DNA from: an uncultured Chloroflexia bacterium
GTDB taxonomy: Bacteria > Chloroflexota > Limnocylindria > QHBO01
DNA: 64,000 nt
NCBI GenBank assembly: GCA_963822845.1
Contig: CAWGIY010000004.1
Span: 218,850 to 282,849, forward strand
Direction: 5' to 3'
In this document: piece after piece, positions 29,799 to 39,318 of the stretch
How positions within the stretch are numbered: position 1 is the first letter of the stretch
How the letters are laid out: each line of letters opens with the position of its first letter
Translations under genes and position numbers: made by a program
The notes under the pieces: generated by a model
Told to the model about the DNA's origin: nothing
What the model saw: the letters and a program-made list of their open reading frames with translations, nothing else
Databases searched by the model: none

Positions 29799-31232
29799 AT
29801 GACGAGCCAGACCGATACCGACCTCTCCGCCGCCGCCGAGGTGGCCGTCGAGTACCTCCGCGAGCACGACGCCGAGCATCTCGCACAGCTCGACGAGTTC
29901 CTCTCGATCCAGAGCGTCAGCGCCGATCCCGAACGCGCCGGCGAGGTCCGGCGCACGGCGCAATGGATCGTCGACGAGCTGACGAGGCTGGGCATCGAAC
30001 GCGCGACTGTCCACGAGACGACCCACCACCCGATCGTCACCGCCGAGTGGATGAAGGCCGGGGCCGACGCGCCGACGGTGCTCGTCTACTGCCACTACGA
30101 CGTCCAGCCGACCGACCCGCTCGACGAGTGGATCCGCCCGCCGTTCGAGCCGCGCCACGAGGACGATCGGGTCTACGCCCGCGGCGCGGGTGACGACAAG
30201 GGCCAGCTGTTCATGCACCTCAAGGCGGTCGAGGCCTGGATGGCCGCGGCCGGCCGTCTGCCGCTCAACCTGCGCTTCTTCTTCGAGGGCGACGAGGAGG
30301 TCGGCTCGGAGCCGGTCGAGGCGTTCATCGATGAGCACGGCGACCTGCTGAAGGCCGACGTCTGCGTCGTGTCCGACGGCGACACGTTCGACGACGATGG
30401 CACGCCCGCCATCGGCTACGGCCTGCGAGGGATCGCCTACTGGGAGGTCCGCGTCCACGGCCCGCGCCAGGACGTGCACTCCGGCCAGTACGGCGGCGGC
30501 GTCGACAACCCGATCAACGTGCTCGTCCGCATGCTCGCCTCATTGACCGATGCCGACGGCCGCTTCACCGTCCCGGGCTTCTACGATCGCGTCCGCGACC
30601 TGACCGATGAGGAGCATGCCGCCTACGCCGCCCTGCCGTTCGACGAGGGCGCATGGCGCATGGAGACCGACGTCCCCGCCGCGATGGGCGGTGAGCCGGG
30701 GTACACGCTGAAGGAGCGCCTCTCCGCCCGCCCGACCTTCGACATCAACGGAATCTGGGGCGGGTACACGGGCGAGGGCGCCAAGACGATCATCCCCGCA
30801 TGGGCCGCCGCGAAGATCTCGACGCGCCTCGTTCCCGAGCAGGACTACCGCGAGATCGAGCGGTCGGTGCAGGCACACCTCGAGGCGATCGCACCTCCCA
30901 CCGTCGCCGTCGAGGTCCGGATCATCCATGGCGGGGCCCCGGTCATCACCCCGCTCGACCATCCGGGCATCGCTCCGGCCGCACGTGCCCTCGAGGCTGG
31001 CTTCGGAACGGCGCCGCTGTTCCAGCGCTCGGGTGGCTCGGTACCGGTGGTCGCAGCGCTCGACGCGCACCTCGGCCTCAAGACGCTGATGGTCGGCTTC
31101 GCGAACCCGACCGGCAACTTCCATGCTCCCAACGAGTGGATGAGCCTGCGCAACCTGCGCGACGGGATGGCGTCGATCGTCCACCTCTGGGCCGAGCTGG
31201 GCGCGATGCGCGCCGAGGACCTGCGCGGCTAG
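29799..31232 (+). CDS. M20-family dipeptidase/peptidase (Dug1/PepV-like)
   Basis: Start MTSQTDTD inside ORF 29655..31232. Metal-binding blocks: HYDVQP, ARGAGDDKGQ, FFFEGDEEVGS, HAPNE. Confidence 0.85.
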   Translation: MTSQTDTDLSAAAEVAVEYLREHDAEHLAQLDEFLSIQSVSADPERAGEVRRTAQWIVDELTRLGIERATVHETTHHPIVTAEWMKAGADAPTVLVYCHYDVQPTDPLDEWIRPPFEPRHEDDRVYARGAGDDKGQLFMHLKAVEAWMAAAGRLPLNLRFFFEGDEEVGSEPVEAFIDEHGDLLKADVCVVSDGDTFDDDGTPAIGYGLRGIAYWEVRVHGPRQDVHSGQYGGGVDNPINVLVRMLASLTDADGRFTVPGFYDRVRDLTDEEHAAYAALPFDEGAWRMETDVPAAMGGEPGYTLKERLSARPTFDINGIWGGYTGEGAKTIIPAWAAAKISTRLVPEQDYREIERSVQAHLEAIAPPTVAVEVRIIHGGAPVITPLDHPGIAPAARALEAGFGTAPLFQRSGGSVPVVAALDAHLGLKTLMVGFANPTGNFHAPNEWMSLRNLRDGMASIVHLWAELGAMRAEDLRG

Positions 31233-31242
31233 CGTTCGATTC

Positions 31243-31893
31243 GTGCCACAACATCCCCCGTCCGATCCCGACGATCCGTGGCTGGCGCTCGGCGCGGCCT
31301 CGCGCCTCGTCGGCGTCGGGCCGGACACCCTGCGCCGCTGGGCGGACACCGGCAAGGTCCAGAGCTACCAGACGCCGGGCGGGCATCGACGCTTCCTGCG
31401 GTCCAGCCTCGAGTCGATGATCAACGCGCCTCGAAGGCCGAGGTACGGCGTCGAGCGGCTGCCGGACTCGACCCAGACGATGGCCGGCGAGCTCCATCGT
31501 CGCGTGTCGCGGACCGGGTACGCCGGCCAGCCGTGGCAGGCCCGGCTGTCCGCCGAGCAGCGCGACGACTTCCGCCGCTGGGGCCAGCGCACCTTCTCGC
31601 TGGTCGTCGAGTACGTGGCGGCCTCGAAGCGGGCCGAACGGCGGCTGCTGCTCGAGGAGGCCGAGAAGATGGGAGGCCTCTACGGCGCCGAGGCGTCGAA
31701 GGCCGGGCTGTCGCTGGCCGAGACGGTCGAGGCCTTCCTCTTCTTCCGCTCACCGGTGCTCGACGCCATCGTCGGCCAGCTCCGTCGCCGATCCGCTGAC
31801 GTGTCGGAGGTCACCGCCGCCTTCCACGAGGCCAACGCCGCGATCGACGAGGTCCTCACCGCCTTGGTCAGCTCCCACCGCGACGGCCGTTGA
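31243..31893 (+). CDS. MerR/excisionase-type HTH DNA-binding protein
   Basis: N-terminal HTH WLALGAASRLVGVGPDTLRRWADTGKV. 216 aa. Confidence 0.55.
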   Translation: MPQHPPSDPDDPWLALGAASRLVGVGPDTLRRWADTGKVQSYQTPGGHRRFLRSSLESMINAPRRPRYGVERLPDSTQTMAGELHRRVSRTGYAGQPWQARLSAEQRDDFRRWGQRTFSLVVEYVAASKRAERRLLLEEAEKMGGLYGAEASKAGLSLAETVEAFLFFRSPVLDAIVGQLRRRSADVSEVTAAFHEANAAIDEVLTALVSSHRDGR

Positions 31894-32082
31894 CGGCATT
31901 GCGGATCCATCGGCGAATCTTCACGCGAGCCCCGATCCGCGCTGCGTTTCGCCGATACGTCGGCGGTGGGTCAGCATGAGGTGCACGCTCGCGCGCAGCT
32001 CGTGCGTCGTGGGCGTCGATCTACCGCCGAAACCGCACGCAGAAGCGCTGTCGCGTGCCAAACCGCCGATACATCGGCACAT

Positions 32083-33219
32083 CTACTCGACGAGGTAGAG
32101 CTCCGTCGAGGCCGTGTTCAGCCGCTCGCCGCCGTCATCGGTGCAGATCACGATGTCCTCGATCCGCGCACCCCACGTGTCGCGAACGTAGATCCCCGGC
32201 TCGACGCTGAAGGCGTTGCCCGCCACCAGCGGCTCCGGGTTGGAGGCGACGATGTATGGCTCCTCGTGGGTTTCCATACCGATGCCGTGGCCGGTCCGAT
32301 GGAGGAACTCCTCCCCGTAGCCGGCGTCGGTGATGATGTCGCGCGCGACGGCGTCGATCTCGGCGGCCGGGACGCCGGGGCGCACCGCCTCGCAGGCCGC
32401 GGCCTGGGCCTCGCGCAGCACGGCGAAGAGGCCGGCGAAGTCGGCAGGCGGCTCGCCCACGAACGCCGTGCGCGACGTGTCGCTGGCGTAGCCGGCCTTC
32501 GTCCCGCCGATGTCGAGGACGATCGCGTCCCCGGCACCGATCGTGCGGGACCCCGCCTCGTGATGCGGGCTGGCCGAGTTGGGTCCGGAGGCGACGATGG
32601 CGAAGCCCGCATCGTCGTGCCCCTCGCCGATGAGCAGCTCGCGGATGTGGCGACTGACCTCGCCCTCGGTGCGTCCCGAGAGGCGCTCACCGGTGATCGC
32701 GACCATCGCCCGATCCGCCGCCGCCGCCGCGGATCGCAGGCGCTCGATCTCGTCGGCGTCCTTCACCCGTCGCAGCTCCGCCATCGTCGAGCCGGCCGGG
32801 ACGAGCTCGGCGGGATCCAGGGCGGCGCGCAGCCGGAGCGCGAAGCGGGCCCACATCTGGTCCTGGACGGCGACCCGACGCGCGGGTCCCACGAGTGCCT
32901 GGACGGCGCGAATGGGGTCATCGGTCTCGTCCCACGCCACCATCTCGACATCGTCTACGAGCTCGCCGAGCGCGTGACGCGCCAGCGGCTCCTCGAGCCG
33001 CGGCAGGACGAGCACGGGCTCGCCGTCGACCGGGATGAAGAGGCAGGTCAACCGCTCGAGCGCCGGGGCAGCGTACCCGAGGAGGTACGCGTAGTCGGGT
33101 GATGGCGTGATGAGCAGTGCATCGATCCCACCGTCCGCGGCCGCGGCGGCTGCCCGTCGCAGGCGTGCGCGATGCGTCGATGCGGCGAACAGGCCCGCCG
33201 CCGGCGCTCCGGTGGTCAT
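32083..33219 (-). CDS. pepP: M24-family Xaa-Pro aminopeptidase/dipeptidase
   Basis: 378 aa. Pita-bread fold metal ligands: DIGGTKAGYASD, HGIGMETHE, VEPGIY. Confidence 0.85.
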   Translation of the reverse strand: MTTGAPAAGLFAASTHRARLRRAAAAAADGGIDALLITPSPDYAYLLGYAAPALERLTCLFIPVDGEPVLVLPRLEEPLARHALGELVDDVEMVAWDETDDPIRAVQALVGPARRVAVQDQMWARFALRLRAALDPAELVPAGSTMAELRRVKDADEIERLRSAAAAADRAMVAITGERLSGRTEGEVSRHIRELLIGEGHDDAGFAIVASGPNSASPHHEAGSRTIGAGDAIVLDIGGTKAGYASDTSRTAFVGEPPADFAGLFAVLREAQAAACEAVRPGVPAAEIDAVARDIITDAGYGEEFLHRTGHGIGMETHEEPYIVASNPEPLVAGNAFSVEPGIYVRDTWGARIEDIVICTDDGGERLNTASTELYLVE

Positions 33220-33294
33220 GCGGCAAGCCTACACCGATGGCCCATTGACCCGGCCCGGCCGCGTGCCAACATGGAGGCTCAACGGCGTGTGACA

Positions 33295-35862
33295 ATGTCA
33301 TACGTGCCAACCTCTGGACGAGGCAAGGTGGTGGCAGCCAGGCGAGCACCAGCACGCGTAGGGGTGGCGACGTCCATCGCCGTCCTGCTCCTGGCCGGGC
33401 TGCTGCCAGCTCCGGCGGTCCTCGCCGCCGACCCGATCACCTCGGCGCGGCAGGAGCTGAGCCGTCGCGTGGGCGGCAGCCCCAACGACTTCCAGCTGGT
33501 CGGCGAATCCGCCATCACCGCTGGTCCCGGCGTCACGGCCGATCCCGGCGTCACGGCCGCGGCGGGCATGTCGGCGGCCAAGTTCATCGACGCGCGCACC
33601 GGCGCGATCCATAGCTCGTACCGGCGCTCCGATGGCACCACCGGATCGGTCGCGCTGCTCGACGATGCCCGAGCGGCGGCCCTGGCCGCCCTGCCCGTCC
33701 TCGAGCGCAAGGCCGATGCGCCGCTCGTCGCCGCCGTGCACGCGCCGGCGCCGGCCAGGGTCCTGCGGGTGGCGGTCTGGCTGGACGTCGACCCCACCGC
33801 GGCCGAGGCCGCGGTCGAGCAGGCGCACCCGGAGGTCGAATGGCTGGCCGGCCGGCCGATCCCGACGACGCTCGAGCAGGCCCGCGCACTGCGCGCCGAG
33901 CTCTGGGAAGCGCGACGTGCGGTCTACGCGGATGCGGCCGACGCCGTCGAGGCCGAGGTCACCGCCCTCGGCGGCACGGTGGCGTACGTCAGCACGTCGG
34001 CGCCGCTCGTGTTCGTCGACGTGCCCGCCGCCGGCGTAGCAGGGCTGGCCGAACGGCCCGAGGTCCTCAGCCTCGGCCTGGAGCAGGAATGGCGAACGTT
34101 CATGTCCTCCGCCGGCTCGACGGTCGGTGCGAACTGGACGACCGGCAGCGGCGACCAGGGCAACGGCGTGCGGGTGGCGGTCGTCGAGTACCACAACACC
34201 TCGAACACCGGCGACCTCGCGGGGCAGGTCGTCGCCCGACGGAGCACCACCGGCACGATCGCCAGCCACATCCATCCGACCTGGGTGGCCGGCGCGATCG
34301 CCAGCCGCAGCTCGACCTGGCGCGGGGTCGCCCCGGGTGCGGACATCGTCAGCTCGAGCACGGGCGGCTACACGCCCGGGCTCTCGACCGATCGTGCCGT
34401 CATCGCGGCAGCGGATTGGGCCGTCTCACCCAGCGGCGGTGACGCGGACATCGTCAATGCCAGCTTCGGCCAGGACACCGCGACGGGAGCCGAGGAGGCG
34501 CGCCGCTACTTCGACTCCATCGGCTGGCAGGACGGAAGGCTGGTCGTGGCAGCGAGCGGGAACTTCGGGACCTTCGGCCACTGGAACGTCGTGTCGCCGG
34601 CGACCGGCTACAACGTCCTCGCCGTGGGCGGCGTCAACGACCGCAACTCAGGTGGCACCGGCGACGACGTCCTGTGGTACGGCTCGAATGGCGCCAGCTA
34701 CCGCGACCCAGGTGGGACGTCCTGGAACCCGCACGGTGACTTCAACAAGCCGAACCTGTCGGCCCCCGCGGTGAGCGTTCGCACCGCCAACGGCACCATT
34801 GGCGACGGCACGAGTATCGCGAGCCCGATCGTGGCCGGCATCGCCGCGCAGCTGCTGGCTCGTGCGCCGAGCCTCGCGACGTGGCCGGAGGGGGCGCGTG
34901 CCGTCATCATGGCCGGCGCGAACCGCCGGACGCCGATGCCCGGCGGTGGCGTCAGCGCCGATCACGAGGGCGTCGGGACCGCGTCGGCACGGTGGTCGAA
35001 CCGGGTCCTCGACAACGGCGCCTGGGGCGGCTGGACCATCGGCTCGATGACCGAAGGACAGGTCGTGACCCGCAACATCTCGGTGGTGAAGGGTCAGCGG
35101 ATCCGGGTGGCGCTGGCGTGGAGCAGCCACACCTCGGGAGCGTCGAACCTCGGCAAGACCGACATCCTGCGATCGGACCTCGACCTGGTCGTGCGGCAGC
35201 CGAACGGCGCAACGACAGGGTCGTTCTCGTTCGACAACTCGTACGAGTCGGTCGGCGTCACCGCCTCGGGCTCGGGCACGATGCGGATCGAGGTCCGCCA
35301 CGACCGCTTCGACACCACGTCGGAGCCCTATGGCCTGGCGTGGTCGCTGACGAGCCCATACGCCGACGTCGGCCCGTCGAGCTTCTACGACGACATCCTG
35401 TTCATCGCCGGTCGCGGGATCACCACCGGCTGCGGCGCCGGCCGCTTCTGCCCCACCGACTCGGTGACCAGGGCGCAGATGGCCACCTTCCTCACCCGCG
35501 CGCTGAATCTCCCGCCCGCCGGCGGCGACTTCTTCGACGACGACGAGAACAGCTCTCACGAGAGCAGCATCAACCGCATCGCCGCCGCCGGCATCACGAC
35601 CGGCTGCCACGGCGACAACTTCTGCCCCGATGGACTGGTGCGCCGCGGCCACATGGCGACGTTCCTGGCCCGCGCGCTGAACCTGCCACCCGCGACCCGG
35701 GACTACTTCACCGACGACAACCGCAGTGAGCACGAGGACAGCATCAACCGCATCCGCGCCGCGGGCATCACGACCGGCTGCGGCGGCACCAGCTTCTGCC
35801 CCGGTAACCGGGTCACCCGCCAGCAGATGGCCGCATTCCTCCATCGGGCGCTGACACCCTGA
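33295..35862 (+). CDS. S8-family serine peptidase with three C-terminal SLH-like cell-surface repeats
   Basis: The start is MSYVPTSG (or MEAQ at 33271) inside ORF 33172..35862. Signal peptide. Triad motifs AVVEYHN…D, HPTWVAGAIA, GDGTSIASPIVAGIAA. The C-terminus carries three ~55-aa repeats: F(Y/F)DD…GITTGCxxxxFCP…VTRxQMATFLxRAL. Confidence 0.85.
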   Translation: MSYVPTSGRGKVVAARRAPARVGVATSIAVLLLAGLLPAPAVLAADPITSARQELSRRVGGSPNDFQLVGESAITAGPGVTADPGVTAAAGMSAAKFIDARTGAIHSSYRRSDGTTGSVALLDDARAAALAALPVLERKADAPLVAAVHAPAPARVLRVAVWLDVDPTAAEAAVEQAHPEVEWLAGRPIPTTLEQARALRAELWEARRAVYADAADAVEAEVTALGGTVAYVSTSAPLVFVDVPAAGVAGLAERPEVLSLGLEQEWRTFMSSAGSTVGANWTTGSGDQGNGVRVAVVEYHNTSNTGDLAGQVVARRSTTGTIASHIHPTWVAGAIASRSSTWRGVAPGADIVSSSTGGYTPGLSTDRAVIAAADWAVSPSGGDADIVNASFGQDTATGAEEARRYFDSIGWQDGRLVVAASGNFGTFGHWNVVSPATGYNVLAVGGVNDRNSGGTGDDVLWYGSNGASYRDPGGTSWNPHGDFNKPNLSAPAVSVRTANGTIGDGTSIASPIVAGIAAQLLARAPSLATWPEGARAVIMAGANRRTPMPGGGVSADHEGVGTASARWSNRVLDNGAWGGWTIGSMTEGQVVTRNISVVKGQRIRVALAWSSHTSGASNLGKTDILRSDLDLVVRQPNGATTGSFSFDNSYESVGVTASGSGTMRIEVRHDRFDTTSEPYGLAWSLTSPYADVGPSSFYDDILFIAGRGITTGCGAGRFCPTDSVTRAQMATFLTRALNLPPAGGDFFDDDENSSHESSINRIAAAGITTGCHGDNFCPDGLVRRGHMATFLARALNLPPATRDYFTDDNRSEHEDSINRIRAAGITTGCGGTSFCPGNRVTRQQMAAFLHRALTP

Positions 35863-35892
35863 GCGTGCCGATGGCGAGCGCCTCCCGGCGAC

Positions 35893-36318
35893 TCATGGCT
35901 CGATCGTGAGAGAAGCCTCGCGCGCGGCGGCCGCCTCGATGGTCCAGGCCCGCATCATCGGCTCGGCGTCGCCAAGGCTCGCCACGAGGTGGACCACCGG
36001 ATAGCGCGCCTCGCGAACGTCGGTCCGCGATGGCACCGCTGGAGACCGCGGATGGGAGTGGAAGATCGCGACGAGGGCATCGCCGCTCGCCTCGAGCTGG
36101 TGGATGATGCGGACGAGGTCGAGCGGCTCGACGTCGTAGCGGTACGGGCTCGCAAGCCGGTTGCGGGCCGGATGGACGCTGGTGACCTGACCGCGGACCG
36201 GATCACCGCCGAGCAACGCGCACGACTCGTTGGGCAGCTCCCCTCTGGCGTGCTCGAGCAGCTGCGTGGCGAGGTCCGCCGGCAGGCGAAGGCCGGCCGC
36301 CTCAGGACGCCGAGGCAT
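35893..36318 (-). CDS. JAMM/MPN+ (Mov34, Mec+-like) metalloprotease
   Basis: Full JAMM motif: E…HSHPRSPAVPSRTD (H-x-H-x7-S-x2-D). The likely start is MPRRPEAAGLRLP at 36318. Confidence 0.75.
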   Translation of the reverse strand: MPRRPEAAGLRLPADLATQLLEHARGELPNESCALLGGDPVRGQVTSVHPARNRLASPYRYDVEPLDLVRIIHQLEASGDALVAIFHSHPRSPAVPSRTDVREARYPVVHLVASLGDAEPMMRAWTIEAAAAREASLTIEP

Positions 36319-36387
36319 GCCCCGACTGACCGATCGAGGTGGCTGCGGGCGTGCCACAGGCGGCGCAGGCAGGATCGCGGGACGCCG

Positions 36388-36756
36388 TCACCTCCTCGAA
36401 ACGGGTCTCGGCGCCGATGCGGGGGTGAGGTCCTTCGCCGGCTCCTCCCAGGCGCCGCCGCGTGCGGGCCAATCGGCGATCAGTGCGTTGAGGTTGACGA
36501 CGTCGGCATAGCCGTTGGCCACCAGGAACTCCGCGGCCCGCCCGGAGCGCGCGCCGGAGCGGCAGTAGAGCAGGAGCGGAGAGGATCGGTCGGGCAGGTC
36601 GGTCGCCATCCGCGTCGGCAGCTCGGCGAGCGGGATGTGCAGCGCGCCCGCGACGTGGCCGGCGTCCCACTCGAACGGCTCGCGCACATCGACGACGGTG
36701 CTGCCCGCGTCGCGAAGCCGGATCCCCTCGTCGACGTCCACCTGGCGGAGGCTCAC
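36388..36756 (-). CDS. single-domain rhodanese (sulfurtransferase)
   Basis: GTG start overlaps the sufU stop (GTGA). Active-site loop LYCRSGARSG. 122 aa. Confidence 0.75.
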   Translation of the reverse strand: MSLRQVDVDEGIRLRDAGSTVVDVREPFEWDAGHVAGALHIPLAELPTRMATDLPDRSSPLLLYCRSGARSGRAAEFLVANGYADVVNLNALIADWPARGGAWEEPAKDLTPASAPRPVSRR

Positions 36757-37187
36757 GGCGCCGATCCGCCGCTGCCGGCCTCGGCGAGCACGTCGGCCTC
36801 GTCCGGCCAATTGGCGGCCGCCCCGGTGACGGCGCCCTGGAGCACCTTGTAGCCGAGCAGCGCGCACTTCAGGCGAGCCGGACCGATCGGCACCCCGAGC
36901 GCACCGACCACCTCGCGCGGGTCCATGCCGCGCACCTCGTCGAGGCTCATCCCGCGCAGCTCGTCGGTCATGATCGAGGCCGATGCCTGGCTGATCGCGC
37001 AGCCGCGACCGTCGAACGCGACGTCGTCGATCCGCTCCGCCGCGGGGTCGAGCCGGAGCGTCATGCTCAGCTCGTCGCCGCAGGTCGGGTTCGAATCGGC
37101 GAAGCGCAGGTCGTGCGGGTCGAGGACGCCGCGGTTGTGGGGCTCGCGGTAGTGCTCGAGGATGAAGTCCCGGTACAGGTTGTCCAT
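36753..37187 (-). CDS. sufU: SUF-system Fe-S scaffold/sulfur acceptor SufU (NifU-like)
   Basis: MDNLYRDFILEHYREPHNRG…NPTCGDE…GRGCAISQASAS: canonical SufU Cys/Asp ligands. Confidence 0.9.
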   Translation of the reverse strand: MDNLYRDFILEHYREPHNRGVLDPHDLRFADSNPTCGDELSMTLRLDPAAERIDDVAFDGRGCAISQASASIMTDELRGMSLDEVRGMDPREVVGALGVPIGPARLKCALLGYKVLQGAVTGAAANWPDEADVLAEAGSGGSAP

Positions 37188-37188
37188 C

Positions 37189-38448
37189 TCAGGCCGTGCC
37201 GAAGATGCGCTGCGCGGCGCGGATGGCATCGGTCAGGCGGTCGACGTCGTCGAGGTCGTTGTAGACGCTGAAGCTGGCGCGGGTCGTGGCCGGCACGTCG
37301 TAGCGCTGCATGACCGGCTGGGCGCAGTGGTGGCCGGCGCGGACGGCGATGCCGTGGCGATCGAGGATCTCGGCCAGGTCGTGCGGGTGGATGCCGTCGA
37401 CGACGAAGCTGATGACGCCGGCGTGCTCGTCGGCCGAGCCCGGGCCGAGCCTGCGCAGGCCGTCGATCTCGCCGAGCGCGCGCCAGGCGGACTCGAAGAG
37501 CACCCGCTCGTGCGCCCGCACGTTGGCCATGCCGATCCGCTCCAGGTAGTCGACGGCCGCCCCGAGCCCGATCGCCTCCGCGATGGCCGGCGTCCCGGCC
37601 TCGAACTTCCATGGCACCTCGTTCCACTCGGCGGTCTCGAGGGTGACGCGGGTGATCATGCTGCCGCCGGTCAGGAACGGTGGCATGTCGTCGAGGAGCT
37701 CGCGGCGACCCCACAGCGCGCCGATCCCGCTTGGGCCGAGCATCTTGTGGCCCGACAGCGCCGCGAAGTCGACGCCCAGGCTGGCGACGTCGACCGGCAT
37801 GTGCGGCACGCTCTGTGCCGCGTCCAGGACCACGAGTGCGCCGGCGGCGTGGGCGCGCGCCACGATCTCGGCGACCGGGTTGATCGTGCCGAGCGAGTTG
37901 CTCACCTGCGACAGCGTCAGCAGCTTCGGCGCGCGAGCAAGGTGCTTCTCGAGGTCCTCGAGGTCGAGCCTGCCGTCGTCCGTGATCGCGACGTGGGCGA
38001 GGGTCGAGCCCGTCGCGGCGGCGAGCTGCTGCCACGGCACGAGGTTGGCGTGGTGCTCCATGCCGGTGCTGACGACGAGGTCGCCCGGACCGATGTTCGC
38101 GCGGCCCCAGCTGTAGGCGACGAGGTTCAGCGCCTCGGTGGCATTGCGCACGAAGACGACCTCGCGGGCGCTCGGCGCACCGATGAAGGCGGCGAGGGCC
38201 TTGCGCGCGCCCTCGAAGCGCGCGTCGGCGTCGGCGCTCAGCTCGTAGATCCCGCGATGGACGTTGGCGTAGTGGTGGGCATAGGCGTCGGCGATCGCAT
38301 CGATGACCGATCGCGGCTTCTGCGCCGAGGAGGCCGAGTCGAGGTAAGAGAGCGGCTCGCCCGAGCGGGTCGCGCGCTCGAAGGCTGGGAAGTCGGCGCG
38401 CAGCGCCGCCCCATCCAGGATCCGGGTGCCTGCCGGCTCGACGGCCAT
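37189..38448 (-). CDS. sufS: cysteine desulfurase SufS
   Basis: 419 aa class-V aminotransferase. SGHKMLGPSGIG (PLP-Lys). Active-site Cys region RAGHHCAQP. Confidence 0.9.
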   Translation of the reverse strand: MAVEPAGTRILDGAALRADFPAFERATRSGEPLSYLDSASSAQKPRSVIDAIADAYAHHYANVHRGIYELSADADARFEGARKALAAFIGAPSAREVVFVRNATEALNLVAYSWGRANIGPGDLVVSTGMEHHANLVPWQQLAAATGSTLAHVAITDDGRLDLEDLEKHLARAPKLLTLSQVSNSLGTINPVAEIVARAHAAGALVVLDAAQSVPHMPVDVASLGVDFAALSGHKMLGPSGIGALWGRRELLDDMPPFLTGGSMITRVTLETAEWNEVPWKFEAGTPAIAEAIGLGAAVDYLERIGMANVRAHERVLFESAWRALGEIDGLRRLGPGSADEHAGVISFVVDGIHPHDLAEILDRHGIAVRAGHHCAQPVMQRYDVPATTRASFSVYNDLDDVDRLTDAIRAAQRIFGTA

Positions 38449-38457
38449 GGGGCCTGG

Positions 38458-39318
38458 CTAGTGGGCCTCGACCGGCTCCGGCGCGGAAGCCTCGTCGCCG
38501 ACGCCGGCCGGCAGGCCGACCTGCTCGCGGACCCAGTCGTAGCCGTTGGCCTCGAGCTGGTGGCTCAGCTCCTCGCCGCCGCTCATCACGATGCGGCCGT
38601 CCAGCAGGACGTGCACGAACTGCGGCTTCACGTAATTCAGCATCCGCTGGTAGTGGGTGATCATCAGCACCCCCATCTCGGGCGAGATGGTGGCGTTGAT
38701 GCCCTCGGCGACCGTGCGCAGCGCGTCGATGTCGAGGCCCGAATCGGTCTCGTCCAGGATGGCCATCGACGGGCTGAGGACCGCCATCTGGAGCATCTCG
38801 AGCCGCTTCTTCTCACCGCCCGAGAAGCCCTCGTTGACGTAGCGGGCGGCGAAGCCCGGATCCATGCGGAGGAGCGCCATTTTCTCCTCCATCAGCTTGC
38901 GGAACTTCGCCAGCGGGATGCCGGTGTACTTGATCGAGGTCTCGCCGGTCTCGTCGGCCTGCTTCGGGTGGTGGATGGCGTTGTAGATGTTGCGCAGGAA
39001 GCTCGCGACGGTTACGCCGGGGATCGCGCTGGGATACTGGAAGGCCAGGAAGAGCCCCAGCCGGGCACGCTTGTCGGGTGACAGGCCGAGGGGGGTCGGG
39101 CCGTTCAGGAGATCGTGGCCGGCCCAGGTGATGCTTCCGGCATCGACGACGTAGTCGGGATGGCCCATCAGGGCGTAGGCCAGGCTCGTCTTGCCCGATC
39201 CGTTCGGGCCCATCAGGGCATGGACCTCGCCCTTGCTGACGGTCAGGTCGAGCCCCTTGAGGATCTTCTTGCCACCGATGCTCACCTCGAGCCCGGTGAT
39301 GACGAGTTGATCGGTCAT
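38458..39318 (-). CDS. sufC: Fe-S cluster assembly ATPase SufC
   Basis: The start MTDQLVITGLEV lies within ORF 38458..39738. Walker A GPNGSGKTS, ABC signature FSGGEKKR, Walker B ILDETDSGLD. Confidence 0.9.
   Translation of the reverse strand: MTDQLVITGLEVSIGGKKILKGLDLTVSKGEVHALMGPNGSGKTSLAYALMGHPDYVVDAGSITWAGHDLLNGPTPLGLSPDKRARLGLFLAFQYPSAIPGVTVASFLRNIYNAIHHPKQADETGETSIKYTGIPLAKFRKLMEEKMALLRMDPGFAARYVNEGFSGGEKKRLEMLQMAVLSPSMAILDETDSGLDIDALRTVAEGINATISPEMGVLMITHYQRMLNYVKPQFVHVLLDGRIVMSGGEELSHQLEANGYDWVREQVGLPAGVGDEASAPEPVEAH

Noticed and set aside
37162-39081. 639-aa + ORF spanning sufS/sufC antisense
   Set aside because: Both sense-strand genes are unambiguous. The antisense ORF has no recognisable domain.
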